Part shown: positions 36,719-45,779 of the stretch, piece after piece
Layout of the letters: every line of letters starts with the position of its first letter
Position numbering within the stretch: position 1 is the first letter of the stretch
NCBI GenBank assembly: GCA_019509785.1
Contig: JAEKLQ010000021.1
Span: 80,082-144,081, forward strand
Source of the DNA: Fibrobacterota bacterium
GTDB taxonomy: Bacteria; Fibrobacterota; Fibrobacteria; UBA11236
Reading direction: 5' to 3'
DNA: 64,000 bases
Position numbers and translations under genes: made by a program
The notes under the pieces: generated by a model
What the model was told of the DNA's origin: nothing
The model's database searches: none
The model's input: the letters and a program-made list of their open reading frames with translations, nothing else

Positions 36719-38986
36719 CTAGCCCGTCACTTCCATCGCCAGCATGGTCAGATCGTCGTGGTACGGCTCGCTGCGGATGAATACCGCCACGTCGTCGAGG
36801 ATGGTCTTGATGACCTTTTCCGGCTCATGGCCCTTCCCCCGCGACATCAACTCCAACAGTCGCTTGATCCCGTAGAATTTCCGTTCCGAGTCCATGGCTT
36901 CGAGCAGGCCATCGGTGAAGATCAGGTAGCGATCGCCATGCAGCAAGTCCAGGATGACCTCCTCCATCCGATCGGAGAATTCCTTGCCGGAGACCATGCC
37001 GAGCGCGAGGCCCTTGGGGTTGATCGGCTTGGGCGCGTTGCCGTTGTTGGCGTGCTGGATGAGCAGGGGCGGATGCCCCGCGCGCGCGTAGGACATGGAT
37101 TTTCCGTCCTTGTCGATGATGAGGCAGAGCGCGGTCACGAAGCTCTTGTCGTCCAAATCCTCGATCATCAACTCGTTGACGGCGCACATCAGCTTCTTGG
37201 CCGAGGTTTCGTAGCGCGCCTCGGCGCGGAAGGTGCTCCGCAGCATGGTCATCACCAAAGCCGCCGGGATACCCTTGCCGCTCACGTCGGCGATGACAAC
37301 CACCCAATTGCCCGAATCGGTTTGGAAGTAATCGAGATAGTCGCCGCCCACCTCGTAGGCCGGATAATAGACGCCCTTCAGGTTGATACGCGGGATGGAG
37401 GGCTTCTCCTGGGGCGTGAAACGGCGCTGGATATCCTGCGCCACCTCGAGCTCGCCCTGCAGGCGCGCCTTCTTCTCCACTTCCTGGAAATTGTTGGCGT
37501 TCGATAAGGAGACGGCGGCCTGGGCCGCCAGGGTGTTGAGCAGGATCTTCTCCTGTTCGAACCAGGCCGCGAAGGCGGGCGGCGCGAAGAGCTGGACCAC
37601 CGCGATGGACTTCTCCTCGACCAACAGGGGCAAGGCGACGTAGACGGGATAGGCATCCATGCCCGACCATTGGATGGAACCCAATAAGGCGTCGGCGCGG
37701 CGATCGGCGGCGAAGAGGGTTACCGTCAGAAGACCCTCGGCCTGGGCCGCCAGGGCCTTCTCGCAAGACCTTCGGGCGGACGCGTCCGAAAGCCGGGGCG
37801 TGGCCAAGACGCATTCATATCCGTCCCGGCCGCGTTCGCAGAGGGCGGCCTCGATGCCCGGGAAGCTGCGCGCGAAGGTGTCCAGGATGGCCGGGATGAG
37901 CTCGCGGCGATGGTTGAAATGCGCCAAGCGGTGGGCGGCCGAGTTCAGGAAGTTAAGTTGGTTGACCCGCGTTTCCAGGCGCTGGTTCGCCTCTTGCAGC
38001 ATCTGCTCGTTATCGCGCAAGGCGCGCTCGGTGCGCAAGTGTTCCTTGATCTCCTGTACCAAAGCGGCGGTGCGTTCCTGCACGCGCACTTCGAGCTCCT
38101 CCTTGGCCTTGCGAATGGCCTCCTGCGCGGCCAGCCGCTCGGTGACGTCGCGGGAAATCCCCACCAGCCCGGTGATGTTCCCGTCCTTGTCGTAGAGGGG
38201 CACCTTGGTGGTCGAAACCCAGGCATCCGGGCGGCCCGTAGAGAAAGTCTCACGTTCCACCTTATCGATAATCGGGACGCCCGAGCGGAGGATCTCCTGC
38301 TCGTCGTCGTAGGCCTGCTGGGCATGCTCCTTGGAGAAGAAGTCGAAGTCGGTCTTGCCGATGGCATCATCTAGGTTCTTCAGGCCTTCCAGGTGGATGC
38401 CCCGGCTGACGCGGATGAAACGGCTCTGCCGATCCTTGAAATACACGGCGTCCGGGATATTCTGGAGCATGGCGTAGAGAAGATTGCTTTCCTGCGCCAG
38501 CGCTTCCTCCGCGCGCTTCAGGCCGGTCACGTCGCGTGTGATGCTGCAAATGCCGACGACCTTTCCGTCGGCGTCGCGCATCGGGATCTTGTTCGTGAGC
38601 ACCTGCATGGGGGAGCCGTCGGGATACCGTTCGGTTTCCAGCTTGTCCAGGATGGACTTACCCGTGGTGAGCACGTACTGGTCGTCGGCCAGGCCGGCTT
38701 CTTCCCTCACCCGATCGGGATTGGTTTCGAAACCCGTCTTGCCGATGAAGACGGACGGATCGGTTACGTCGCGCAAGGCCGCCATGCTGCGGTTCACCCA
38801 GGTGAAGCGGCCTTCCTTGTCCTTGAAATAAATCAGATCCGGGACGTTGTCCGCCAGCACCAGGAACGGACGTAGTTGCTGCTCCAAGGCGCGATTCCTC
38901 GCGTCGAGGCCGGCTATGCGCAGCCGGAGCTCCTCTACGTTTTCGTTCCCGGCGTTGCCGGACATGCCTGTGCTTTCTCCCGACAT
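36719..38986 (-). CDS. Multi-domain signalling protein: coiled-coil + PAS + PAS + GAF-like + PP2C/SpoIIE serine phosphatase (RsbU-like)
   Basis: PP2C block DYLDYFQTDSGNWVVVIADVSGKGIPAAL ... YARAGHPP ... LIFTDGL. Two PAS-like segments upstream. 755 aa. Confidence 0.8.
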   Translation of the reverse strand: MSGESTGMSGNAGNENVEELRLRIAGLDARNRALEQQLRPFLVLADNVPDLIYFKDKEGRFTWVNRSMAALRDVTDPSVFIGKTGFETNPDRVREEAGLADDQYVLTTGKSILDKLETERYPDGSPMQVLTNKIPMRDADGKVVGICSITRDVTGLKRAEEALAQESNLLYAMLQNIPDAVYFKDRQSRFIRVSRGIHLEGLKNLDDAIGKTDFDFFSKEHAQQAYDDEQEILRSGVPIIDKVERETFSTGRPDAWVSTTKVPLYDKDGNITGLVGISRDVTERLAAQEAIRKAKEELEVRVQERTAALVQEIKEHLRTERALRDNEQMLQEANQRLETRVNQLNFLNSAAHRLAHFNHRRELIPAILDTFARSFPGIEAALCERGRDGYECVLATPRLSDASARRSCEKALAAQAEGLLTVTLFAADRRADALLGSIQWSGMDAYPVYVALPLLVEEKSIAVVQLFAPPAFAAWFEQEKILLNTLAAQAAVSLSNANNFQEVEKKARLQGELEVAQDIQRRFTPQEKPSIPRINLKGVYYPAYEVGGDYLDYFQTDSGNWVVVIADVSGKGIPAALVMTMLRSTFRAEARYETSAKKLMCAVNELMIEDLDDKSFVTALCLIIDKDGKSMSYARAGHPPLLIQHANNGNAPKPINPKGLALGMVSGKEFSDRMEEVILDLLHGDRYLIFTDGLLEAMDSERKFYGIKRLLELMSRGKGHEPEKVIKTILDDVAVFIRSEPYHDDLTMLAMEVTG

Positions 38987-38997
38987 TAACTAACCCC

Positions 38998-39903
38998 TCA
39001 AGCCCGCGGATGCGCCTTGGCGTAGGTCTCTTTGAGCTTCGCCATGGATACGTGGGTGTATTTCTGCGTAGTGGACAACGAGGCGTGGCCCAGCATTTCC
39101 TTCACCGCCATCAGATCCGCCCCGTGATCGAGCAGGTGGGTCGCGAAGGAATGCCGCAGCACGTGGGGGGACGACTTGCCGCGCCGTCCCATCGCCCGTA
39201 ACCGGTCGGTTACCGTCCGTTGTATGATGCGGTTGCCTACGGGCTTCCCGTGGGCCGACATGAGAACCGCCCCGGCCGCCGGGATCCCCCGGGCCGCAAG
39301 CAAGGCCTTGTATTCTTCGAGGCACGCGCGGGCGGAGGCGGTGACGGGCACGGTGCGATAGCGGCCGCCTTTGCCCAACACCCGGACCGAAGATCCGTCG
39401 CGGGCGATCTGGTTCCACTTGAGCCCGGTCAATTCCGAAAGCCGCAGGCCGGAGCCGTAAAACATTTCCAGGCAAAAGCGGGTACGGATGGCTTCGAAGC
39501 CGGCCGGCTCTTGATCTTCCAGGACCCCGTTCAGGAACTCTTCGCCGGCCACCGTGACCAGCTTGCTGTCCTTCCGGGGGAAGGCGATGGTTTGGGCGGG
39601 ATTGCGGGGCAAGCCGCGCTCGGCCATATATCCGCCGAATCCCTTGAGGCAGGCCAAGAGGCGCGCCTGGCTGGCGGCCGCCAAGCGGCGGGCTTGCGCG
39701 GAGAGGAAGGCTTGCAGGGATTTCTTGTCGAGATCGGCCGCGCGTTCCGGGCCCCGCTTGGCGGTCCAAGCCAAGAGCTTGCCTAGGTCGCGCCCATAGG
39801 CGGCCAAGGTATGCGGGGAACAACCTCGCACATCGCGCAAGTCCGCGAGGTAGACCTCGATGGCTTGCGGTAGGGTCCAGGAATCAGGCTCCAAGGCGGC
39901 CAA
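38998..39903 (-). CDS. Tyrosine site-specific recombinase, XerC/XerD family (start uncertain; TTG at 39903 proposed because the long ORF overlaps the upstream HD-GYP gene)
   Basis: Catalytic region RHSFATHLLDHGADLMAVKEMLGHASLSTTQKYTHV (R..H..R..Y tetrad), N-terminal core-binding domain. Confidence 0.75.
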   Translation of the reverse strand: MAALEPDSWTLPQAIEVYLADLRDVRGCSPHTLAAYGRDLGKLLAWTAKRGPERAADLDKKSLQAFLSAQARRLAAASQARLLACLKGFGGYMAERGLPRNPAQTIAFPRKDSKLVTVAGEEFLNGVLEDQEPAGFEAIRTRFCLEMFYGSGLRLSELTGLKWNQIARDGSSVRVLGKGGRYRTVPVTASARACLEEYKALLAARGIPAAGAVLMSAHGKPVGNRIIQRTVTDRLRAMGRRGKSSPHVLRHSFATHLLDHGADLMAVKEMLGHASLSTTQKYTHVSMAKLKETYAKAHPRA

Positions 39904-39976
39904 TCCTATCCTTTCCGTTCCTACTATTTCCCCAAATAGTAGTAATCCGAGGCGCCCGGGCCCGCTTCCGGTCGTT

Positions 39977-41170
39977 TCATTGCAAGCGCGCGAATTGGAT
40001 CTTAAAGCCCTCCTCTTCGGCCATGTCAAGGGTCCAAGGCTTGATCTTCTTCTTCTCGCGGTCGAAAATGATGAGCAGCACCGGTTTTTCCGGGTTGAGC
40101 AGGCCGGTGCGCGCGACAACCCCGGAATAGCCGGTGTACTTGCGGTATTTCTTATCCTCGACGATTACCACGCGGGATCCCACCGGGTAAGCCGGCACGA
40201 TGGTGATGAAAGCGTCGACGACGGCCCGGTTGAGATGCGTGCCCGCGCCCTTGATGATGAGGCGCATGGCCTCATCCGGGGTTTGCGGGGCCACCGTGCC
40301 GGGACGGGGATTGAGCATTGAGATATAGGCATCGGCCACCGCCGCGATTTCGGCGTAGCGGTGGATCATGCCCTTCTTCGGGCTCAAGGTCTTGATGGGG
40401 ATCTGATTATCCCCTCTCAGGCCGCGCGGATAACCTTTTCCGTCCTGGCGCTCATGATGCTGGTAAGCGACGTGCGCGGTGGTAATGCCGATGCGATCGT
40501 TCTGGCGCAGGATGGCATAACCCAGGGCGGGATGCTCGCGATACAGGTTCGATTCCGCTTCGGTCCATTGGCCTTGCTTGTTGAGGAGGGACGCCGGCAA
40601 AACCACCATCCCGAGATCCATCAGGAGGCATCCGAGAGCCAGTTCCTCGATTTCGCGTTGGGTATACTTCAGCTTGGTGGCCAGGAGGATGGCGGTGACG
40701 GCCACGTCCAGCGCATGCTGGTAGTTGTAGCCGCTTTTGGTCCGGATGGAATTCAGGTTGACGGCCACGGGCTCCTTGCCCAGCAGCTCTTCCATGATAT
40801 GCTTGATGACCTTCTTGATTTCCTCGACGGCGATGATGTTCTTGAAGCGGGACGCATCGGCCAGGATGGCCTTGATATTGGCCTGGGTGGCCGTCTTGAT
40901 CTGGGCCACCTGCCGCAGCATGTCGGAGTTTTCCTTGACCACGAACTGGGATTGCAGGGAAAGCTGCTCGTTGACGGTCTCCTCGGGGATGGCGATCTCG
41001 GTGCCCTCTTCGGCGATCCACGCCGCCGAGAGTTCGATTTCCTTCATCTTCCCGATCACGCGCTCGTTGATGACGTTGCCGGCGGATAGCAAAAGCTCTC
41101 CCGACTCGCTCACGATCGAGCGCGCCAACCGCATCCCGGGCCGGATTTCCTCCAAATTCAGTTTAATCAT
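39977..41170 (-). CDS. HD-GYP domain c-di-GMP phosphodiesterase with N-terminal unknown domain and ~70-aa C-terminal extension
   Basis: HD-GYP signature HHERQDGKGYPRGL and upstream HD region (QHALDVAVTAILLA). Confidence 0.85.
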   Translation of the reverse strand: MIKLNLEEIRPGMRLARSIVSESGELLLSAGNVINERVIGKMKEIELSAAWIAEEGTEIAIPEETVNEQLSLQSQFVVKENSDMLRQVAQIKTATQANIKAILADASRFKNIIAVEEIKKVIKHIMEELLGKEPVAVNLNSIRTKSGYNYQHALDVAVTAILLATKLKYTQREIEELALGCLLMDLGMVVLPASLLNKQGQWTEAESNLYREHPALGYAILRQNDRIGITTAHVAYQHHERQDGKGYPRGLRGDNQIPIKTLSPKKGMIHRYAEIAAVADAYISMLNPRPGTVAPQTPDEAMRLIIKGAGTHLNRAVVDAFITIVPAYPVGSRVVIVEDKKYRKYTGYSGVVARTGLLNPEKPVLLIIFDREKKKIKPWTLDMAEEEGFKIQFARLQ

Positions 41171-41236
41171 GGCTCGGTCTAAACATGGCGCGTCCCCATT
41201 GTCCGGAATCGCCCCCGAGTTGTCAAGATGACAAGT

Positions 41237-42091
41237 TCACGGACCCGTCGCCCGCTCGTAGCCGAGGCCCGACAACCAAGTGCGGCCGAGGTAGCGATGA
41301 TATCGGATGGCTTGCCGGATGCGGAAACCCTGCCAGGCCAGGCCCATGCCTGCGGCGATCTGGAACGGGCGCGCCGCTACGCCCACGCTGGCTTCCACTC
41401 CCGGATGCGGCCGGATCGAAAGGGAGGCCAAAGCCTTCCAGGCGCCGTCCCCGGACTTGCGGAAATCCAACCGCAGGACTTGGGCCAAAGTCCCCGGATT
41501 CCCGCTCGCATCGGGATCGCGGCTATCCGCCTCCAACCCGATTTGCATGACCCGGCCCGGCAAGGTGGCGGCCGGATGCAGCGGCAGGCCCGCCGCGAAA
41601 GCCCCTACCTTAAGGCGCGGCCAGGGCCGCCAAGCCATGCCGGCCTCTTGCGACGGATCCCATGCGGGCGCCGCCCCCGCCAAGGCGGCGCGCCAAGCGC
41701 TGATGCCGTAGCCGAGATCGAGGGTCCCGGGAAAAGCATCCCGCGACAGGATCCGGACGGACGGCGCCAAGCGGAATCCGTGCTCGGAATAGAGGCCCGT
41801 GATCGATGTAACCCTCCAATCGCATGCCAGCCCGGCGCGTTTGCCGTCCCAGGACGCGCCGACCTCCGCGACGCCCAAGTCGTCCATGCCGTAAGGGCGA
41901 TGGGAATCCAACCTGAGCCCGAATGCGCCCGGGCGCAGGGCCGCCGGATTCTGCCCGAAACCGGACCTTTCCGCAGCTGTCGCCGCGCCCGCACCCAGGG
42001 TGGCGCCATACTCTCCGGCGGTGGGCGAGAGATTGGCGGCTTGGGCCATGGCCGCGAGCCAGAAGCCGGCCGCCACCGGTATCGCTTTCAT
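41237..42091 (-). CDS. Hypothetical secreted/outer-membrane protein
   Basis: Signal peptide MKAIPVAAGFWLAAMAQA. Start overlaps the stop of the upstream LTD gene by 4 nt (42088-42091). Confidence 0.5.
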   Translation of the reverse strand: MKAIPVAAGFWLAAMAQAANLSPTAGEYGATLGAGAATAAERSGFGQNPAALRPGAFGLRLDSHRPYGMDDLGVAEVGASWDGKRAGLACDWRVTSITGLYSEHGFRLAPSVRILSRDAFPGTLDLGYGISAWRAALAGAAPAWDPSQEAGMAWRPWPRLKVGAFAAGLPLHPAATLPGRVMQIGLEADSRDPDASGNPGTLAQVLRLDFRKSGDGAWKALASLSIRPHPGVEASVGVAARPFQIAAGMGLAWQGFRIRQAIRYHRYLGRTWLSGLGYERATGP

Positions 42092-43596
42092 CTTTCCCCC
42101 GCTACGATGGCCCTCTTGCGCGTCCGTCCGTCGCCGAAAGTCAGGCAGAGCACGTAGGCTCCGCGCGGCAACGCGCGGCCGCCGGCGCCGCGGCCGTCCC
42201 ACGCATGCACGCGCCTGCCCGCTCCCCCCCGGCCGATCTCCCTTACGATGTCCCCTTCCAGGCTGAAGGCGCGTAAGACGTAGTCCGCGCCTGCCGGAGC
42301 CAGCACTTCCACCTCCAACGGCGCCTCGGGAAAAGCCGTGCGCCCGGACAAGTTCCAGCCGGCCCCCGCTGGCAGGTCGTTCCCAGCCTCCGGTGCGCCC
42401 GGCTTGATGGGGCCCCAGGACAGGGTATCCACCGCGATTCCCGCCAGGCGGAGGATCAGGGTATCACCGGTGTTACGTAAGGCCCGCCAGGGCTCCGGCC
42501 GCACGACATTAGCCTTAATGGGGCCGAAACGGGCCCGGAAGGCCGCCGTATCCGAAGTAAGGATGATGCGCTCGCCCGGATCCAGGACTCCCGCCTTTGT
42601 CTCCAGCGCCATGGCATCCACCGTGGCCAGGGACAAGGCGATGCGACGGCCCGTCCCTCCCGACACGGAGGTGACGTTCCGGATTTCGACCCACTCCGGA
42701 GCGCCCCCCTGCCCGACCGCTTGGAAGGCCCCGAAGGCTAACGGGCCTCCCCCGGGCTCGCAGGCGACGGCCATGACATTGTCGCCGGGGTTTTCATCCG
42801 GGCTTAAGCTGGCCGACACCCGTCCCCGGGTTCCCGCCGGGATCCTGAATTCCAAGGTGGCGGGATATTCGCCCGCGGAGTCGAGGGAGACGGAATCAAG
42901 CGTCGCCTCGGGAATACCGTCCCAATCGGAGTCGAGGCGCAACGCCACCCATGACCGCGGAGGGGGCCCCGATCCGCGGCTTTCCACGGTAACGCGCACG
43001 CTACTGCCGGCGGCTTCGATCCCCGCGAGGGCGAGATCCCGGCCGGCCGGGGCCGTACTCCGGCTGTTGCGCGAGCCAGGCGTTGCCGAGTCGCCGCCCG
43101 CCTTTCCCGCGAGGGAAGGCAGGAAAGCCGTATAGCCGGCGGCCGCATCCCAAGTGTTTTCCCAACTCGTCCCGGGACGCGAGGCCGGCGCCGTCACGTG
43201 GAAGTTACCCCCGGCCCACGACACGGCCGCATCGAGGGGGCGGCCGTTTACCAGGGTCATGCCGGCCCACCCGCGGGCGCACGCGATCCCGGCCCGCGCA
43301 TAAGCGGTAGAATCCCGGCAAATCAGGAAGCAGTCGGAAGGTCCCAATAAAAGCGGCCCCAGGAGGAAGCTCTGCCCGTCCACGGTAATCGTGACGCCGT
43401 CCAGACGGGTGCTGTCGTTCCCGGGGTGGCCTAGCTCGAGGAATTCACCTTGGGCATCGAGCCAGGCGGCCGGATCGGCGAGGATTTCGGATAGGATGAG
43501 GGCCGGGGTCTCGCTGGCGGCGATCGGGGCAAGTGAAGTAAAAGCGAGCAGCGCGGGCGGGAGCAGAATGCCGTAATGGGACCATCGCGTAAGCAT
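42088..43596 (-). CDS. Secreted protein with two lamin-tail-domain (LTD)-like segments and FlgD-Ig/T9SS-like C-terminal sorting domain
   Basis: LTD-like signatures LILSEILADPA...GEFLEL and EWVEIRNVT. Signal peptide. C-terminal YVLRAFSLEGDIVREI...HAWDGRGAGGRALPRGAYVLCL sorting-domain pattern. Confidence 0.65.
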   Translation of the reverse strand: MLTRWSHYGILLPPALLAFTSLAPIAASETPALILSEILADPAAWLDAQGEFLELGHPGNDSTRLDGVTITVDGQSFLLGPLLLGPSDCFLICRDSTAYARAGIACARGWAGMTLVNGRPLDAAVSWAGGNFHVTAPASRPGTSWENTWDAAAGYTAFLPSLAGKAGGDSATPGSRNSRSTAPAGRDLALAGIEAAGSSVRVTVESRGSGPPPRSWVALRLDSDWDGIPEATLDSVSLDSAGEYPATLEFRIPAGTRGRVSASLSPDENPGDNVMAVACEPGGGPLAFGAFQAVGQGGAPEWVEIRNVTSVSGGTGRRIALSLATVDAMALETKAGVLDPGERIILTSDTAAFRARFGPIKANVVRPEPWRALRNTGDTLILRLAGIAVDTLSWGPIKPGAPEAGNDLPAGAGWNLSGRTAFPEAPLEVEVLAPAGADYVLRAFSLEGDIVREIGRGGAGRRVHAWDGRGAGGRALPRGAYVLCLTFGDGRTRKRAIVAGER

Positions 43597-43656
43597 GCTG
43601 CGGAAAATAAACCCGCGATTCGGGGGCGGTTGAGCGAGGCATCACACGAATGATGG

Positions 43657-43790
43657 GCGCGCCATTGTAGCGCCAAAGGGAGCGCCAATGGAGCGCCAAA
43701 AAAGTGGGAGCCTACTGAAAAAAAGATTTCCGAGGTGGCGGAAGGTCGCGCCATTGGAGCGCCGGATGACGCGCCAATGGCGCGCCACAG
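43657..43790. repeat. Array of four ~22-bp units GCGCCAWTGGAGCGCCAA (two tandem pairs separated by an A-rich 45-bp spacer), immediately upstream of the LTD operon
   Basis: gcgccattgtagcgccaaa / gcgccaatggagcgccaaa / gcgccattggagcgccgg / gcgccaatggcgcgccac read directly. GCGCCA occurs 8 times in 134 bp. Core CCAATGG/CCATTGG are reverse complements of each other. Confidence 0.6.
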
Positions 43791-43841
43791 ACGGCAGAAC
43801 GACGGGACCGGTGGAGTTTAGGTAGGAATTTACGTTGGGAT

Positions 43842-44381
43842 TTAGTGGCCCGGGAATTGGACCAGGGAGAAGACTTCGTGACCCATGTCGCGCAGCTTGC
43901 GGCTGCCGCCCAAATCGGGCAAATCCACGATCACGCCGCAGGCGGCCACGACGGCGCCGATGCGCCGCAAAAGCTCGATGGATGCCTTCATGGTGCCGCC
44001 GGTCGCCATCAGGTCGTCCATCACGATCACGCGTTGCCCGCGAACGAGCGCGTCCTTATGGATCTCCACGCAGTCGCGGCCGTATTCGAGCTCGTATTCG
44101 TAACGCTCCACTTCGGCGGGGAGCTTGCCTTGCTTCCGGACCGGGATGAATCCCGTGCCCAGGCGATCGGCCACCGCGGACGCGATGATGAATCCCCGGC
44201 TCTCGATCCCGATCACCGCATCGACGCGAAGGTCGCGGTACTTATCCTCGAAGGCATCCGTGCTGAGGCGGAATCCCTCGGCATCGTTCCACAGGGTCGT
44301 GATGTCGCGGAAGACGATGCCGGGCTTGGGGAAATCGGGGATGGCGCGGATCTTGGAGCGGATGCGCTCGATGCGCTCCAT
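43842..44381 (-). CDS. apt: Adenine phosphoribosyltransferase
   Basis: IPDFPKPGIVFRDIT and PRPP-binding VIVMDDLMATGGT motifs. Start placed at MERIERIRSKIRAIPDF by alignment to known Apt N-termini (recall). Confidence 0.85.
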   Translation of the reverse strand: MERIERIRSKIRAIPDFPKPGIVFRDITTLWNDAEGFRLSTDAFEDKYRDLRVDAVIGIESRGFIIASAVADRLGTGFIPVRKQGKLPAEVERYEYELEYGRDCVEIHKDALVRGQRVIVMDDLMATGGTMKASIELLRRIGAVVAACGVIVDLPDLGGSRKLRDMGHEVFSLVQFPGH

Positions 44382-44435
44382 CTCCGTCCCAGCCCCGCTC
44401 CGGGCGGCTTTGCTGGGGCCTCCGGCCGCCAGCAT

Positions 44436-44768
44436 CTAGTCCTTGCGGGTGACGCGCGGCGCCAGCTTGGGCTTGAGGTACATCGCGCGATCCTTCGCGG
44501 TGAGCGTCCCCATCGCCTTCTTGAGAAGGGACAAGAGCTCCTTGCGCAGCGGGTAATCCGCATCGAAGTGGATCATCTGCCGGTTCGCGTCCTTCTTCAC
44601 CGTGATGACGCCGCCGCGTAGCAGATTCTTCAACTGGGTCTGCACGCCGAAGAGGGGCAGCTTCAGGTTGATCGTCAGCTCGCGCGGATACGTTTCTTTA
44701 TAGACGCTCAGGTACAGCAGGATTTTGGCGCGCGTGGCCGATCCGATCAAGGAGCGCAGAGCTTTCAT
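44436..44768 (-). CDS. Small hypothetical protein, possibly winged-helix DNA-binding
   Basis: 110-aa ORF. AKILLYLSVYKETYPRELTINLKLPLFGVQTQLKNLLRGGVITVKKDANRQ resembles a wHTH. Weak assignment. Confidence 0.4.
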   Translation of the reverse strand: MKALRSLIGSATRAKILLYLSVYKETYPRELTINLKLPLFGVQTQLKNLLRGGVITVKKDANRQMIHFDADYPLRKELLSLLKKAMGTLTAKDRAMYLKPKLAPRVTRKD

Positions 44769-44795
44769 CTTTATATTCCCCCTTCACTATCCGGG

Positions 44796-45779
44796 TCATC
44801 CCCGAATGTGATACTTCTTCAGGCTTGGTGCGGATTCGGCGATTAGCCCCATGATCCGGGCATGCGCCTCTTCTCCCCCCTGGGTTTCCCGCACCGGGAC
44901 CAAAGGTAGATAAAGAGGTGAGTTGAAGAAGGTCGCTAATGGGATCGGATTCTTGCGGCAGAACACCGCCTTCACCATCGGATCAAGCGCGGCTTGTATG
45001 GCCGCGGCTTGCTTGCGATCTCCGCCACGGAACGCCCGGATTAGGGACAAGTAGTCCCGGGATACCTCAGGAATGTTACCGCCCGCGGTTATGATTCCGC
45101 TTCCGCCCAGTTCGAGTATCGCGTAGAGCGCATCATCTTCGCCGCTTACTAGGGAAAATTCCTCGGGAGAAACCTTAGAGAGGACCGCTTGCGTGTCCTC
45201 TCGATATTTCCCGGGAACCTTGAAGTCCACGGCCTGCTTTAGACCAATGACATTGGCGTTCCGGGACAAGTGGACGAGGGTGTCCGGCTCGATGTAGCTC
45301 GCTGTACGTCCCGGTACGTTATAGATGATCAGCTTCGCGCCGGTCTCGCGCGCGAGCGTTTCGTAGTGCCGGACCAGGCCTTCTTGCGGGGGGTTATTAT
45401 AGTAGCCCGTGACGCAAAGGCATGCCAAGGCTCCGGCGTCCTTGAGGATCGCTTGGATCATGTCCACCGATTCGCGCGTGCTGTTCGACCCCGCGCCGGC
45501 GATTACGGGAACGCGCCCGTCCACGTAGTCCACCGTGAACTTCACGAATTCGATATGCTGCTGATGGCTCACCGTGGGGCTTTGCCCCGTCGTACCCACC
45601 GGTACCAGTCCGTCCACGCCGGTCGCGATGAGATCATCGATGATGTGCTTCGCTTTGGCATAATCGATCGAGTTGCGGAGGCGGGCCGGATCATCGTCCT
45701 TGAGGGGCGTGAACAGGGCCGGGAAAACGCCCTTGAGTTCCCGACCGGTTGAAATGCTTCTGCGCTTGGTATCAGCCAT
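44796..45779 (-). CDS. dapA: 4-hydroxy-tetrahydrodipicolinate synthase family (DapA-like) lyase
   Basis: DHDPS-family blocks ([28 protein letters not shown], Schiff-base Lys region). Start at ATG 45779 rather than 45845 to avoid a 74-bp overlap with accC. Confidence 0.75.
   Translation of the reverse strand: MADTKRRSISTGRELKGVFPALFTPLKDDDPARLRNSIDYAKAKHIIDDLIATGVDGLVPVGTTGQSPTVSHQQHIEFVKFTVDYVDGRVPVIAGAGSNSTRESVDMIQAILKDAGALACLCVTGYYNNPPQEGLVRHYETLARETGAKLIIYNVPGRTASYIEPDTLVHLSRNANVIGLKQAVDFKVPGKYREDTQAVLSKVSPEEFSLVSGEDDALYAILELGGSGIITAGGNIPEVSRDYLSLIRAFRGGDRKQAAAIQAALDPMVKAVFCRKNPIPLATFFNSPLYLPLVPVRETQGGEEAHARIMGLIAESAPSLKKYHIRG

Noticed and set aside
38998-40119. Xer-family recombinase considered as the integrase of a mobile element or prophage
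   Set aside because: No flanking direct repeats, tRNA target, phage or transposase genes, or compositional shift were seen. Neighbours are chromosomal signalling genes in tight operon-like spacing, so it is called a chromosomal XerC/D-type recombinase (the embedding is still noted as odd in findings).
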